A stretch of 64,000 nucleotides of DNA from an uncultured Candidatus Saccharibacteria bacterium (GCA_938042065.1 CALISG010000022.1:2049-66048), one strand, 5' to 3'; shown: positions 16,719 through 27,437, counted from the stretch's first letter. Numbers and translations: made by a program. Notes: a model not told the origin generated them from the letters alone.

Positions 16719-18191
16719 TTATTTTATATCTAGATAATTACGTAGGCGCGCCAGCGTGTGTTCGCGATCAATCAACGCCAGCGTGTCGTTCAGCTGCGGG
16801 CTGAATGGTGCCCAGGTGACGGCGATGCGGATCAGGCTGAAGAGGATGCCTGGTTTTTGGCCGGTTGTTTCCAGTAGCTTATTTAGGCAGTTTTGGATTG
16901 ATTCTGGCGTCCAGTCGGTGAGTTTGGCGAGCTCGTGGCGTGCGGTCTCTAGCAATTTGCGGCGCTCGTTCTCGGACAATTTCTTTAGCTGTTTATTGCC
17001 GTCAATAAGTTCCAGGTTAATTTCAGGCTCCGCGAAAAAGTAGCCAAATCCGCGTAAATCTTCAAACATTTTCAGGCGGTCTTGCGCTAAAGCCAGCACT
17101 TTCATGCGGTATTCCTTAGTTATGTTTGGAGCGTAGGCAGATTCTGGCCAGAAACCAGTCTGTCCTTCATCTTTTTGCGGGTTATCGTCCTGTGGCGACA
17201 CGTACTCGTAAAGCTTATCGACGGGAACATTGCGTATATGAGCGCCATTAAGCCACAACAAGCGTTTTTCATCAAACCGCGCGCCTGATTTTTGGACGCG
17301 TTTCAGGCTGAATTTTTTAATCAATTCGTCTCTGGTGAAAACTTCTTGCTCGGTGCCGTCATTCCATCCCAGGCTAGCGAGGAAATTGAGCATGGCGTCT
17401 GGCAGATAGCCCTCTTCTCTGTAGGCTAGGATGTCTTTGGCGCCGTCGCGTTTGGACAATTTCTTATTGCCCTGCTCGTTCATGATCGGCGGTACTGAGG
17501 CGAATATCGGCCAAGGTATATCCAGCGCATCGTAGAGATTAAGGTATTTGGGCGTGCTGGCAAGGAACTCTTGCCCGCGGATAACATGGGTGATTTCCAT
17601 TTCGGCGTCATCGACAATGTGCGCAAAGTTGTATGTCGGAAAGCCGTCGGATTTGACTAATATAAAATCGTCAATTACCTCTGGGCCGGCGTGCATTTCG
17701 CCCATGACTTCGTCGTGCCAGGTGTAAGCTTTCGGTTCTGAGCGAAAGCGCAGCGGCTGGCTGCCATCCCAGGTCGGCGGGTTTTCTGGGCGGTAATCAC
17801 GGTACAAAAAGGGCTTTTTATGGGCTTTGGCTTCTTCGCGAAAAGCGTCTAACTGCTCCGGCGTATACGGATCGGCATAAGCGCGGCCAGCGTCAATGAG
17901 TTTTTGTGCATATTTACGGTAAATGTCAAGTCGTTCTGACTGCTTGTACGGTCCAAATTCACCGCCAAAATCGTCTGGGCCTTCGTCTGGTGTAAGGTTG
18001 AGCCACCTCAGGCATTCATAAATATGCTCTACGCTGCCAGATACTTCCCTTTTTTGATCGGTATCTTCTATGCGCAGGATGAATTTTCCATTTGATTGCC
18101 GGGCGATGAGCCAAGCAAACAGCGCGGTACGCATACCGCCGACGTGCATATAGCCAGTTGGGCTAGGCGCGAAACGAGTGCGCGTGGTCAT
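16719..18191 (-). CDS. gltX: Glutamate-tRNA ligase
   Basis: RTRFAPSPTG.HVGG and KLSKR. Confidence 0.97.
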   Translation of the reverse strand: MTTRTRFAPSPTGYMHVGGMRTALFAWLIARQSNGKFILRIEDTDQKREVSGSVEHIYECLRWLNLTPDEGPDDFGGEFGPYKQSERLDIYRKYAQKLIDAGRAYADPYTPEQLDAFREEAKAHKKPFLYRDYRPENPPTWDGSQPLRFRSEPKAYTWHDEVMGEMHAGPEVIDDFILVKSDGFPTYNFAHIVDDAEMEITHVIRGQEFLASTPKYLNLYDALDIPWPIFASVPPIMNEQGNKKLSKRDGAKDILAYREEGYLPDAMLNFLASLGWNDGTEQEVFTRDELIKKFSLKRVQKSGARFDEKRLLWLNGAHIRNVPVDKLYEYVSPQDDNPQKDEGQTGFWPESAYAPNITKEYRMKVLALAQDRLKMFEDLRGFGYFFAEPEINLELIDGNKQLKKLSENERRKLLETARHELAKLTDWTPESIQNCLNKLLETTGQKPGILFSLIRIAVTWAPFSPQLNDTLALIDREHTLARLRNYLDIK

Positions 18192-18436
18192 GAAGCGCTC
18201 TCTTCTAATTTGGTGACGCGCCGGTCAAGTAATTCTAGCTCGTGCCGAGTAGTTTTGTCATTATCAACAATAGCTCGTTTGATTGTTTTGACGTCGGTCT
18301 TGAGGCTATCGAACTCCTCGCGTAAATTATTGAATTCCTCGCGTGTTGGTTGGTTTGATACAATCTCTAATACCGCGCGCATCTGCGAACGGATTTCTTC
18401 AAGAATGACGTTGGTGTAATTTTTGTCGTCGCCCAT
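18188..18436 (-). CDS. Small coiled-coil hypothetical protein
   Basis: Heptad-rich 82 aa; ATGA overlap with gltX; TATAAT 6 nt upstream. Confidence 0.65.
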   Translation of the reverse strand: MGDDKNYTNVILEEIRSQMRAVLEIVSNQPTREEFNNLREEFDSLKTDVKTIKRAIVDNDKTTRHELELLDRRVTKLEESAS

Positions 18437-18542
18437 GGCCTAATTATAGCAAAAAGCACCCGGCAGGTGCAAAAGTTAAGAGTTATCTCCATATCGCCAA
18501 AAACAAGGACTATCCTTATATTATACCACAAATATGTATAAA

Positions 18543-19598
18543 TTACAAACTGGCGGCTATCTTTTGGATTTGTTCTGGTGCTAGCTCGGCGTTGCCATCG
18601 ACAGTGTAAAGAATACCAGCATTAACCCAAGCGGCATGAGTACCATATGAATAGATGGTTAGGCCATTGGCGGCGGTCGTGGTGTACTTATCATGAGATT
18701 TCGGCTTGATGTAATTTTCGAGCACGGCCGATGAATCCCATTCGGAGCGAGTTTGCGCTAAGGTGAAATTCTCGTTGCTGCCGTTAGCGGCAAACTTCAT
18801 GATTACGCTGCCCTGCTGGTAAGCAACTGGACCGTTGAGGCTATAGCCAGACGGCTGGTAATTCGGATAAGAAGCGTTAATACCAGCCTGCGAGGCGGCT
18901 ATACGTGTGCTCAAAGCGGGCATATTGATATACGTGAAGTAGGCGCCTAGCAGCAGGACAGCCATAGCTGTGCTGCCGATACTAACTAAGCGGCGCCAAA
19001 GCGAAAAGTTTTTTGTCGGCTTGACTTCTTTGCGCTGTTGGCGCGTCAACATCTTGTCGGTAGCTTCCTGAATGGCTTGCTGCTTGATGACTTGCGATGG
19101 CAAGACGCTGCGCGTTTGCTGTTGCTTAATGATTGCTTGCCGCTGGCGAGCAGTCTGCTCAAGCTGATTGGCGGTAGGCGCTATGTCTGGTGTTTCTGGG
19201 GTGGCTGGACGCTTGACGGGCGGCTTGGTAGCAGTTGTAACTTTGGCAAAATGCGCAATGTTAGACGATCGGCGGATGTCTTGGACGCGGCGAGTTCTCT
19301 TGCTGCGGCGAATAATTTGCGGCGGCGTACTGCGCTCGGCCGCTAAGCGCTGCGAACTGCGAGAGGCGGAATTTTCTTTAATACCCGCTGGGGTGGTTGC
19401 TCGCACTGGCGCTACTGAATCAATGGTGCGCGGTTGTTTCTTGATATATTTGCGCTGCAAGGTGTGGGATTTTTGGGTGCCGCTATGAAAATTGCTAGCC
19501 GTGGCTGCCGGCGTGCGTGCCGATCGCTGGGCGTCGAGAATATTGCCAGTTTCGGCGTCGTAGACATTACCCTTGATGGTTATGTTGTTGTTTGTCAT
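18543..19598 (-). CDS. Single-TM protein with DUF4367-like C-terminal domain
   Basis: Basic low-complexity N-terminus, TM, PNYQPSGY...W..GILYTV...QIQKIAASL. Confidence 0.65.
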   Translation of the reverse strand: MTNNNITIKGNVYDAETGNILDAQRSARTPAATASNFHSGTQKSHTLQRKYIKKQPRTIDSVAPVRATTPAGIKENSASRSSQRLAAERSTPPQIIRRSKRTRRVQDIRRSSNIAHFAKVTTATKPPVKRPATPETPDIAPTANQLEQTARQRQAIIKQQQTRSVLPSQVIKQQAIQEATDKMLTRQQRKEVKPTKNFSLWRRLVSIGSTAMAVLLLGAYFTYINMPALSTRIAASQAGINASYPNYQPSGYSLNGPVAYQQGSVIMKFAANGSNENFTLAQTRSEWDSSAVLENYIKPKSHDKYTTTAANGLTIYSYGTHAAWVNAGILYTVDGNAELAPEQIQKIAASL

Positions 19599-19692
19599 TT
19601 CCCTTACCTATGTTTGCGATACTACTCGTGCTTAACTATTATCATAGCCTAATTTGCTATTACACGCAATAGCAAGTGGTATAATACGTACT

Positions 19693-21144
19693 ATGAATCA
19701 GCAAAAAAATCGGCGCAAGCAGCGTATTAAATTAACCTTTACTTATGCTGTGATGACCCTGGCAGTTCTAGCATTGGCAGTGGTTTGTTTGATGCTAGTA
19801 CAAGGCTATCGTTTAGACTTTGATCGAGGTACGGTTAGACAAGGTGGCATGATGCAATTTGATTCGCGGCCTGATGGCGCAACGATTCAGATAGATGCCG
19901 CCACTCTTGCCAACCGGACGGCGACGCGTATTGTAGCGACTGCCGGGCAGCACACGGTAACAGTATCAAAAGACGGCTTTGTGCCTTGGCAAAAACAAGT
20001 TAACGTCAAGGCCGGCTCAATCCTTTGGTTAAATTACGTCAAGCTAGTACCGACGAGCATTGAGGCCAAAGACGCGATGGAACTCGCTAGCCTCGACAGC
20101 GCAGCGGCAGCGCCTGATAAATCGCGCTTTGCGGTTATCCAAAACAAGCAGCAGCCAGCGGTTGATTTTCTCAAAGTTGATAACGACCGGATCGAACATA
20201 AACAGCGTGTTATATCTGCTGATAGTTACACGGCCGACGGCGCTAATCACAGTTTTGCAATTGAATCGTGGAGCAAGGATAGCAAGCGGGTGTTAATCAG
20301 CCATTCTTTTGATGATTCAAAAGAATATCTTATCGTTGACCTCGATGGCAAGGCGCAGAATATCACCCGCGATATCGGCGTGCAAATCAGCAAATTAGCT
20401 TTCGATAAAAGCGACTCGCAGAATGTGTATGTGTTAACGGCCGATAGCGATGTTCGCCGGATTAGACTGTCGGATAAAACGTTGTCGGGTCCGCTAATTA
20501 GCGATGCTAGTGATTTTTATGTTTCTAGAAACGGTTGGATTAGCTATACTACCAAGCCGAATAATAGCGGCGAGCGGACGATTGGCTATTTGTCGAAAGG
20601 CGCTTCGAAACCGCGGGCCTTGCAAACTTTCAAGGATATGGCTGGGCGCAGTCTTAATCTAGCGATTGAGGAGTATTATTATGATAATTTTGCGCTCATT
20701 ACTCACGGCAAAATGGTTGCTGTCAAGAAGGTAAAGTTGCCAGCAAGCGATTCGACAGACGAACTGCAGCAAGAGTTGCTAGCGACGCTGCCGTTAGCAA
20801 CTGACGTTTCGTATGCGGGCTTCTCGCCTAACGAACATCTGTATGTTTATGCGCAGGCTGGGGCTAGCTTGGTGACTTATAATTTAGAGCTGCGGTCGAT
20901 TGCTAACGTTTCGATGAAGACTACCGCTACGAGTGAAATCGCTTGGCTGGATAATTCGCATATTATGCGAGTGGCAGGTGGTACCTTTGAATTCGGCGAC
21001 TATGACGGTACTAATATGCATACCATGGCGACCGATGCAGTTGGCTCGGCAGCAATGCAATCGTCGAATAACCGTTTCTTGTATTATTTCCGCAAGCATA
21101 GCTCTGGTAAAATCACTGCTTCCTATATCAAAATGTACGACTAA
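19693..21144 (+). CDS. PEGA-domain surface protein with beta-propeller-like region
   Basis: TM, then SRPDGATIQID...GQHTVTVSKDGFVPW. Confidence 0.8.
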   Translation: MNQQKNRRKQRIKLTFTYAVMTLAVLALAVVCLMLVQGYRLDFDRGTVRQGGMMQFDSRPDGATIQIDAATLANRTATRIVATAGQHTVTVSKDGFVPWQKQVNVKAGSILWLNYVKLVPTSIEAKDAMELASLDSAAAAPDKSRFAVIQNKQQPAVDFLKVDNDRIEHKQRVISADSYTADGANHSFAIESWSKDSKRVLISHSFDDSKEYLIVDLDGKAQNITRDIGVQISKLAFDKSDSQNVYVLTADSDVRRIRLSDKTLSGPLISDASDFYVSRNGWISYTTKPNNSGERTIGYLSKGASKPRALQTFKDMAGRSLNLAIEEYYYDNFALITHGKMVAVKKVKLPASDSTDELQQELLATLPLATDVSYAGFSPNEHLYVYAQAGASLVTYNLELRSIANVSMKTTATSEIAWLDNSHIMRVAGGTFEFGDYDGTNMHTMATDAVGSAAMQSSNNRFLYYFRKHSSGKITASYIKMYD

Positions 21145-21223
21145 GTTCAATAATTGGCAGCAAGATTTTGCCCGCCGGTTGCTGTTGCTTGTTGAGCGCC
21201 GGGAGAAGTTTTGCCGTGAGCGG

Positions 21224-22558
21224 CTAATTACCGATACCAAAGATCCGCTGCAAGAATGTCGGCGAGTTGGCTGGCATTTTCTTGGTCGAGGCAGCGGTAT
21301 TGCTGTTTTGCTCGGCGGTTTTGGCTTCATTCGGATTCGGGCTGATTTGCTCGCCGAAAACTAGCAGGCGGTTTTGTGCTGTGCCTAGCGGCGTACAAGT
21401 GATTAGCGTAATGTAAGGCTTGTCGTTGCCGATTTGCAGCGACGCAACGTCGGTCGGCTTAACTACCTTGGTGCCGGTAATTTTGTAAGTATAACGCGTG
21501 CCGTTGTAATTAGCGTAAACCACATCGCCAGCGGCCATCTTCTCTAGCCGAGCAAAAATAAATTTATAATCGCCGCTGTCAGTCCAGTCGTTAGAGGAAT
21601 GACCAGAAACGACGAAATTACCCTTTTCGCCAGGCTTAGCGTTGGCACCTTGGATATTGAACCAAACGATGCCTTTATCCATGGCCTTATTTAGTGAGTT
21701 GGTGTCGGCGGCATTAGCATCCCAGACAATTGGCACATCGACGGCAATTTTCGGGATAAGCAGCCGCGACTCGTTGGTGGCGACTTTGGTGGTATTTGGC
21801 GAGACGATAATTGATTCGGGGTCAGCGGCGCCTGGCGAGACATACGCCTCGACGTAGGCGAACAAAACGCGATTATACTGCAAAAATAGAAAAACAATCA
21901 TCACCGCGCAAGCTGCCACGATTGGCATGAAATGGCGGCTGCCGCGGACTTTCTTGGCCTTGTCGTTGATTTTGCGGCGAATGGAACTGCGCAGATCGTT
22001 GACGGCCTCCTCTTGCGATACGGTGCCGTTGTTTGGCGTTGAGTTTTGGTTTTTTTGCGCTTGCTGAGCAGCTTGCTTTTTGAGCGACTTGCGAGTGGCG
22101 TCAATCTGCGAGACATAGTAGCGCTCGTAATACTGCTGATAATATGTTTGCCAGGCGGTGTGGTATTTTTGCCAAGAAGCATCGTGCGTAGCAGGCGTGG
22201 AGCTCTGGCTCATGGTTCGGGTATATGGGTTTTTATCTGAATCAATGGCGCCAGGGCCGGCCGTAACGCTGTTAGACTGCGCACTATCAGCGATGGTGCC
22301 AGATGGCTGCGGGTAGGCGTTTGTTTGCGGCGAGTGCGAGTTCTTTTGGGGCTCCTCGGCTTTTTCGGGCTTTTTTGCGCTAGAATTTGGCTGCTGGCCA
22401 GCTGCAGCAGTAGCATGCGGATCATTTTGAATAATCGAACTGATCTGTTGGCGGACAATATCAGCCGCTGCCGACCGGTGCTGGTCGGTTAGCGCGCTGT
22501 GATGAGGCGCTCCGTCTCTGGGTGGAACGGTTAGTGATGAACGATCGTCTGGCTTCAT
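21224..22558 (-). CDS. Sortase
   Basis: GNFVVSGH, LITCTP, RLLV catalytic H/C/R; TM; long low-complexity N-terminus. Confidence 0.9.
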   Translation of the reverse strand: MKPDDRSSLTVPPRDGAPHHSALTDQHRSAAADIVRQQISSIIQNDPHATAAAGQQPNSSAKKPEKAEEPQKNSHSPQTNAYPQPSGTIADSAQSNSVTAGPGAIDSDKNPYTRTMSQSSTPATHDASWQKYHTAWQTYYQQYYERYYVSQIDATRKSLKKQAAQQAQKNQNSTPNNGTVSQEEAVNDLRSSIRRKINDKAKKVRGSRHFMPIVAACAVMIVFLFLQYNRVLFAYVEAYVSPGAADPESIIVSPNTTKVATNESRLLIPKIAVDVPIVWDANAADTNSLNKAMDKGIVWFNIQGANAKPGEKGNFVVSGHSSNDWTDSGDYKFIFARLEKMAAGDVVYANYNGTRYTYKITGTKVVKPTDVASLQIGNDKPYITLITCTPLGTAQNRLLVFGEQISPNPNEAKTAEQNSNTAASTKKMPANSPTFLQRIFGIGN

Positions 22559-22639
22559 ACTTTCTATGCTAATTATAGCGTAATTAGCGGTTATTTACTA
22601 GTTAGCGCTGGTCTGTTACAATGAAAATGTACCTTTTCT

Positions 22640-22726
22640 GCCGCGGTGATGGAATTGGTAGACATGAGAGACTCAAAATCTCTTGAGCATTAGCTCGTGC
22701 CGGTTCAAGTCCGGCCCGCGGTACCA
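22640..22726 (+). tRNA. tRNA-Leu(CAA)
   Basis: Cloverleaf with long variable arm, CT-CAA-AA loop, CCA end. Confidence 0.95.
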
Positions 22727-22732
22727 TAAGAT

Positions 22733-22756
22733 AGACGTATGTGGGCGTCTTTTTTT
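22733..22756 (+). terminator. Intrinsic terminator after tRNA-Leu
   Basis: AGACGT..GCGTCT hairpin plus T tract. Confidence 0.6.
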
Positions 22757-22888
22757 GATGCTCTTACCCCTGTTATGGTGGCGGCGTAAAGCATAAGTAA
22801 CAATATTATGCAAAAGTGTTGACATAATTAAAAGTTTATGCTACAATGGCATCATAAGCGTGGGATAATGCACGCAGGGAGGAAATCA

Positions 22889-24061
22889 ATGAAACTATCA
22901 ATTAAGAACCTGGCGATTGTCGGCGCGGTTATAGCTGCTATCGCTGGTGGAATCTGGTTGGCTAAGCCATCAGAAGCATCTGTCTGTGACGGATGGATTA
23001 ACGTGATTACTTGCGGTACGCCAAGTCATCAAGACCTTAAAAATGTTTACTACGGACGCAACGACATCAAAGCGCTTTATCAGTGGAACAACATAAATGA
23101 TGCCATGATTGAAGGCAAAGGCATGAAAAACGGTACCGTTTACAAGGATGGCCGGATCGTTGTCGACGGCCAAGTCGTAGCAACTAACGCCAAGACCGTT
23201 CAGCGTAATACGCGCTACCCAGGCTCGTCATACGGCCGCGAGACGGTTGGCGGACATTCGTTCTACAAGTTTACGACTCAGAACAGCTTTGTCTACAATC
23301 AGTTTGACGCTTTCGTCTGGTTCGATGAAAACGGCAAGTTTATCGCAGCCATTATCAAGGATTGCGGTAACCCAGTCTGGGGTGATGCAACCTGGAAACC
23401 GAAAGACATCCAAGTCTGTGATCTTACCAGCAAGAAAATCATCACCATCAAAGAGACCGAGTTCAACAGCAGTAAACATTCCAAAGATATCAACGATTGT
23501 AAAGAAATCAAGGTCTGCGACCTGACTAGCAAGCAAATCGTAACTATCAAGGAAAAAGAGTTCAATAGCAAGAAGCACTCGAAAGACATTAACGACTGTA
23601 AGGAAATCCAAGTCTGCGACCTCTCGACTGATACGATTATCACTATCAAAGAGAAAGAATTTGACAGCAAGAAGCACTCTAAGAATTTCGCTGACTGTAA
23701 TAAGGTAAAGGTTTGCGAACTCGAAACTGGCAACATTATCACCATCAAAGAAACCGAATTTGATAGTAAGAAGCATTCTAAGAATGAAGCTGACTGCGAC
23801 AAGGTGAAAGTTTGCCGCATCGCTGACAAGAAAATCGTCGAAGTTACCCGCAAAGAGTCGAGCGACAGCCAGTACACCACTGACATGAGCAAATGTGAAG
23901 AAACTCCAGCGACTCCACCGGAAACTCCAAAAACGCCAACCCCATCAAATCCAGTTGAATTGCCAAAGACTGGTACCGGCGAAGTAGTCGCCTCGGTGGT
24001 CGGCCTCGGCGGTTTAACCGCAGCAGCCAGCGCTTACATCGCTAGCCGCAAACGCCTCTAG
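22889..24061 (+). CDS. LPXTG-anchored surface protein with Cys-containing 33-aa repeats
   Basis: Signal peptide, five (I/V)xVC...DC/KC repeats, PT-rich stalk, LPKTG + TM + RKRL. Confidence 0.88.
   Translation: MKLSIKNLAIVGAVIAAIAGGIWLAKPSEASVCDGWINVITCGTPSHQDLKNVYYGRNDIKALYQWNNINDAMIEGKGMKNGTVYKDGRIVVDGQVVATNAKTVQRNTRYPGSSYGRETVGGHSFYKFTTQNSFVYNQFDAFVWFDENGKFIAAIIKDCGNPVWGDATWKPKDIQVCDLTSKKIITIKETEFNSSKHSKDINDCKEIKVCDLTSKQIVTIKEKEFNSKKHSKDINDCKEIQVCDLSTDTIITIKEKEFDSKKHSKNFADCNKVKVCELETGNIITIKETEFDSKKHSKNEADCDKVKVCRIADKKIVEVTRKESSDSQYTTDMSKCEETPATPPETPKTPTPSNPVELPKTGTGEVVASVVGLGGLTAAASAYIASRKRL
23408..23896 (+). repeat. Intragenic 99-bp tandem repeat, about 5 copies
   Basis: IQVCDLTSKKIITIKETEFNSSKHSKDINDCKE unit repeated with 99-bp period, last copy divergent. 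Confidence 0.9.
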
Positions 24062-24085
24062 CCAATCCCCCCAGCTAGAAAATCC

Positions 24086-24122
24086 AAAATCCGCTCTGAA
24101 TTTTGTCAGGGCGGATTTTTTG
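24086..24122. terminator. Bidirectional terminator
   Basis: AAAATCCGCTCTGA...TCAGGGCGGATTTT between convergent genes. Confidence 0.8.
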
Positions 24123-24127
24123 TTGGA

Positions 24128-24919
24128 TTATTTAGAGAGAAGACTGGCGGTGATGGCCTCAAGCGGCCGCGACGGATTCCAAATATAATAAACGCTAGCG
24201 CGCGTTGCTACCGTGCCGCGCCAGATGCGCATCGGATCGTTCCATGGCATGGTGGTGACCTCCCCGCTGTGAGCAGTAACGAGCGTGTCTTGATGCAAGG
24301 TGGTAATGGTAATTGGGTATGTCACGGTGAATTTGTGCAAAGCTTCGACTAACTGCAGCAACTGCATACTGAAAGTCAAAATTTTGGGATAATAAAGCGT
24401 GCGAAAAAGTTTTTGCAGCTGCGCGAAACTCAAAATTAACACGGTATTCTGGCGTGCTGCTAGTGTAGCGAAATCGTTGCGTACTAGATCTACGGCATCG
24501 CGGGTGATAACTACTGGGCCTTGATAGTCGCGCAGCAGCTGGCTGTAAACGATTGCCGTTTGACTGTTGCGCCCGGCATCGCCTATTAGCAGTAAACCGT
24601 CGCTCCATGCGCTAAGCGCTTGCAGCTCAATGATAGACTCTTGAGCTAAGCCGCCGCTAGGATTGCTAGGCGCGTAAGTGACGCCAGCCATGGTGCGTGG
24701 TAAGGTGTTTTTGAGGACATCCGGCAGCAAGGCGCGGGCTTCCCCTACTCCGCTAGCGAGCGCTGTTGAGTAGGCCTCGGCGACACCAGCAAAACCTAGC
24801 TTGTTGCCGCCGATAATACCGAGCTTTCCCGCGCGCGAACGCTGCTCGGGCTTATTCCATTCGATATCGGGAAAGAGCGGCTGTTCGGGTGTTTGGTGCT
24901 GCCAATATGCTAATTCCAT
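24128..24919 (-). CDS. YjeF C-terminal / NAD(P)HX dehydratase-like protein (divergent)
   Basis: GKLGIIGG..GFAG, GVGE; ribokinase-like fold elements. Confidence 0.6.
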   Translation of the reverse strand: MELAYWQHQTPEQPLFPDIEWNKPEQRSRAGKLGIIGGNKLGFAGVAEAYSTALASGVGEARALLPDVLKNTLPRTMAGVTYAPSNPSGGLAQESIIELQALSAWSDGLLLIGDAGRNSQTAIVYSQLLRDYQGPVVITRDAVDLVRNDFATLAARQNTVLILSFAQLQKLFRTLYYPKILTFSMQLLQLVEALHKFTVTYPITITTLHQDTLVTAHSGEVTTMPWNDPMRIWRGTVATRASVYYIWNPSRPLEAITASLLSK

Positions 24920-25000
24920 GAATGTATTGTAGCGCGAAAAGTGCGGACATACCAGCTCAAGCGCTTGCCGCAGCCGCCGGGCTAGCGTACAATTTAGGCT

Positions 25001-25372
25001 ATGGAAAAACACATCGCCGAGCACTATCAAACTATATCTCAGCGCCTAGCGGCGGCCAAGTCGCAAACTGATCTGGCAGAATTGGCGCGCTATCACCGCA
25101 CGCGCGTGCAAGAATTTCAGCACGAGCGGCTGATTCACTTGTTGGTGACATTTTTCTTCGCCGGGCTATTTTTAGCGTCCCTGGCGGCATTTTTGGCAAC
25201 CGCGGCGATGGGGTTGGCGATGAACTGTTTACTGGGACTATTGGCGCTAATTTTGTTTGTGCTAGAGTTAGCTTATATTCGTCATTATTACCAACTAGAG
25301 AACGGCGTGCAGCGGCTGTACGAGTTAACGGTAGCGATCGAAGAAAAACGTTTTGCCAAAGACTGGGCTTAA
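25001..25372 (+). CDS. Two-TM membrane protein
   Basis: FQHERLIHLLVT and YIRHYYQLENGVQ flanking hydrophobic helices. Confidence 0.7.
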   Translation: MEKHIAEHYQTISQRLAAAKSQTDLAELARYHRTRVQEFQHERLIHLLVTFFFAGLFLASLAAFLATAAMGLAMNCLLGLLALILFVLELAYIRHYYQLENGVQRLYELTVAIEEKRFAKDWA

Positions 25373-26623
25373 TCAAGCTGGCGAGTCAGTTGCATTTGCT
25401 TGCCGGACGATTTTTTCGATAATATACCTATCTCTTGGCTCGAAATCGTATTCTTTTACAGTTGCAATGCCGTTTTTGATAGCGATATCTGGCAGCGTAA
25501 CGCGCCCTTCTGGATAGCCGCGGACTTTGTCTTGATCGATTCTAAATGCGCCTTGATTATTCTTTGCGGCTATTAGTTTAACGGCTTGAGCGAAAATATC
25601 GATGTGCGACGGCTCGAATCTGCTGAACAAGTTGTTGAATTTAACTTCGCCTAGGATTTCGTCTGATTCTTTATCAATGCCGAACCCTAATTCTCCAATC
25701 TCGAATAAGATAGGTTCGAATATGTCGATGTTTTCCATCAAGTAGCGGTTATTGCTGAGTATTCTGCCATCGGCATAGACTTTAGTTGTATCTCCGCCGC
25801 TTCTGGTTATATTCCAAGTATAGACAAGTTTGTCATATGAGCCGATAGACGTGTTGCTTGGCAACGATGATTTGATTTCGTTAAGATTGGCGGCATTCAT
25901 CTCAACTTTGCAGTCAAGGTAATGATAATATAGAGTACGCTGTCCGTTCGCTGTTTTGTTTTTCTCTGATTTCTCTAGTACTCTAGCTGAAATTTTGGCT
26001 TTGAAATTAGACTCTTTAAGCTTATCGAATAGCGCCGGGAGTTTTTCGGGAATTTTGTAAAACACGTTAGCTTCCGAGTCGGTGTTGATTGCGCCGTCGC
26101 CCTGCTTCTGAGTTATTGCAATGAAGTTTTGTTGCGGCCATTCTCGGATCGGCGAGATAACGTCGGCGATTTTCTTTACTGCGATGACAGTTTGATCTTT
26201 AGGGTAATCCGGCTGAAGCGTTATTTTGTAAGTACCTTTTTTGTTGCCAAAAAAGTCCTCTACGATGTCTGATAATTTGAGGTCGACTTTCTCTACGCCC
26301 GGTATTTGGCGTATTTGTTCAGCGCAATCATTTAGTTGTCCGAAAGAGCTTACTGGATTTTGCGAAAATGTTTCGGATAGCCCGTAAATGACGCCAATAG
26401 ATATTAGTATTACGAATAGTATTGCGAGTGGCGAAACGATCAAAGCAATCGTTAGGAGTATTTTGTTTGGTTTCTGCGAAGAATACTGCTGATATTGCGG
26501 CTGTGGTGAAGCGTATTGAGGTTGGTTTTGCGGCGGATACTGCTGCGGGTATTGTTGATATTGCGGTTGCTGCGGATATTGCGTTTGTTGAAGTGGTTGC
26601 TGCGAGTTATTTTCTGGAGACAT
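25373..26623 (-). CDS. Single-TM protein with Q/P/Y-rich N-terminus
   Basis: QYPQQPQYQQ repeats, TM, AT-richer ectodomain. Confidence 0.7.
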   Translation of the reverse strand: MSPENNSQQPLQQTQYPQQPQYQQYPQQYPPQNQPQYASPQPQYQQYSSQKPNKILLTIALIVSPLAILFVILISIGVIYGLSETFSQNPVSSFGQLNDCAEQIRQIPGVEKVDLKLSDIVEDFFGNKKGTYKITLQPDYPKDQTVIAVKKIADVISPIREWPQQNFIAITQKQGDGAINTDSEANVFYKIPEKLPALFDKLKESNFKAKISARVLEKSEKNKTANGQRTLYYHYLDCKVEMNAANLNEIKSSLPSNTSIGSYDKLVYTWNITRSGGDTTKVYADGRILSNNRYLMENIDIFEPILFEIGELGFGIDKESDEILGEVKFNNLFSRFEPSHIDIFAQAVKLIAAKNNQGAFRIDQDKVRGYPEGRVTLPDIAIKNGIATVKEYDFEPRDRYIIEKIVRQANATDSPA

Positions 26624-26639
26624 AAGACTACCTTACTAT

Positions 26640-27437
26640 TTATATTATTTCAATGCTCACTGGGCAGTGATCGCTGCCCATTTGTTCGGCGTGAATCTGC
26701 GGGTTGGTGACGCGCCCGGCGATTTCACGCGATGCCAGCCAATAGTCGATCCGCCAGCCGACATTGCGCGCCCGGGCGTTGGCCCAGTGTGTCCACCAGG
26801 TATACGCCCCGGTCTTCTCAGGAAATGCCGCCCGGAAGGTATCGACAAATCCAGCGTCCAGAAAATTCTGAAAGCCTTCCCGCTCCTCGTCGGTAAAACC
26901 GTGCTTGCCGACATTAGGCTTAGGATTTGCCAGGTCAATTTCTGCATGCGCCACGTTCATATCGCCGCAGTATAGCACTGGCTTGACTAGCTCCAATTCC
27001 TCCAGATAGGCCAGCACTGCCGGATCCCATTGTTCATGACGCAGACTCAGCCGGCTCAAATCCCCTTTCGAATTTGGCGTATAACACGTTACCACCCAGA
27101 AATCGTCGAATTCGGCAGTGATGATGCGCCCCTCGTCGGCGGGATCGCCATACTGATCGCCGGTCAGATTGAACCGCTCAATGATATCCGGCGGCAATCC
27201 GTCGCGCCAATGCAGCGGCCGGATTTTCGAGAAAATCGCCGTGCCGGAATAGCCCTTTTTGGCCGCTGAATAGAAATGCTCGTGGTACTCTGGCAGATCA
27301 ATTTCTACCTGGTCGCGGGCAGCCTTGGTTTCTTGCAGGCATAAGATATCCGGATCGTAGGTTTGCAGGAAGCTGGCAAACTCACCCTTGTTGATGACGG
27401 CACGGATACCATTGACGTTCCAAGAGAATAGCTTCAT
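26640..27437 (-). CDS. xth: Exodeoxyribonuclease III
   Basis: SWNVNGIRA, LQETK, GDMNVAH, WRIDY, SDHCP. Confidence 0.96.
   Translation of the reverse strand: MKLFSWNVNGIRAVINKGEFASFLQTYDPDILCLQETKAARDQVEIDLPEYHEHFYSAAKKGYSGTAIFSKIRPLHWRDGLPPDIIERFNLTGDQYGDPADEGRIITAEFDDFWVVTCYTPNSKGDLSRLSLRHEQWDPAVLAYLEELELVKPVLYCGDMNVAHAEIDLANPKPNVGKHGFTDEEREGFQNFLDAGFVDTFRAAFPEKTGAYTWWTHWANARARNVGWRIDYWLASREIAGRVTNPQIHAEQMGSDHCPVSIEII

Noticed and set aside
23408..23896. CRISPR-like or DGR repeat
   Set aside because: In-frame 99-bp protein repeats with synonymous divergence, no spacers and no reverse transcriptase.
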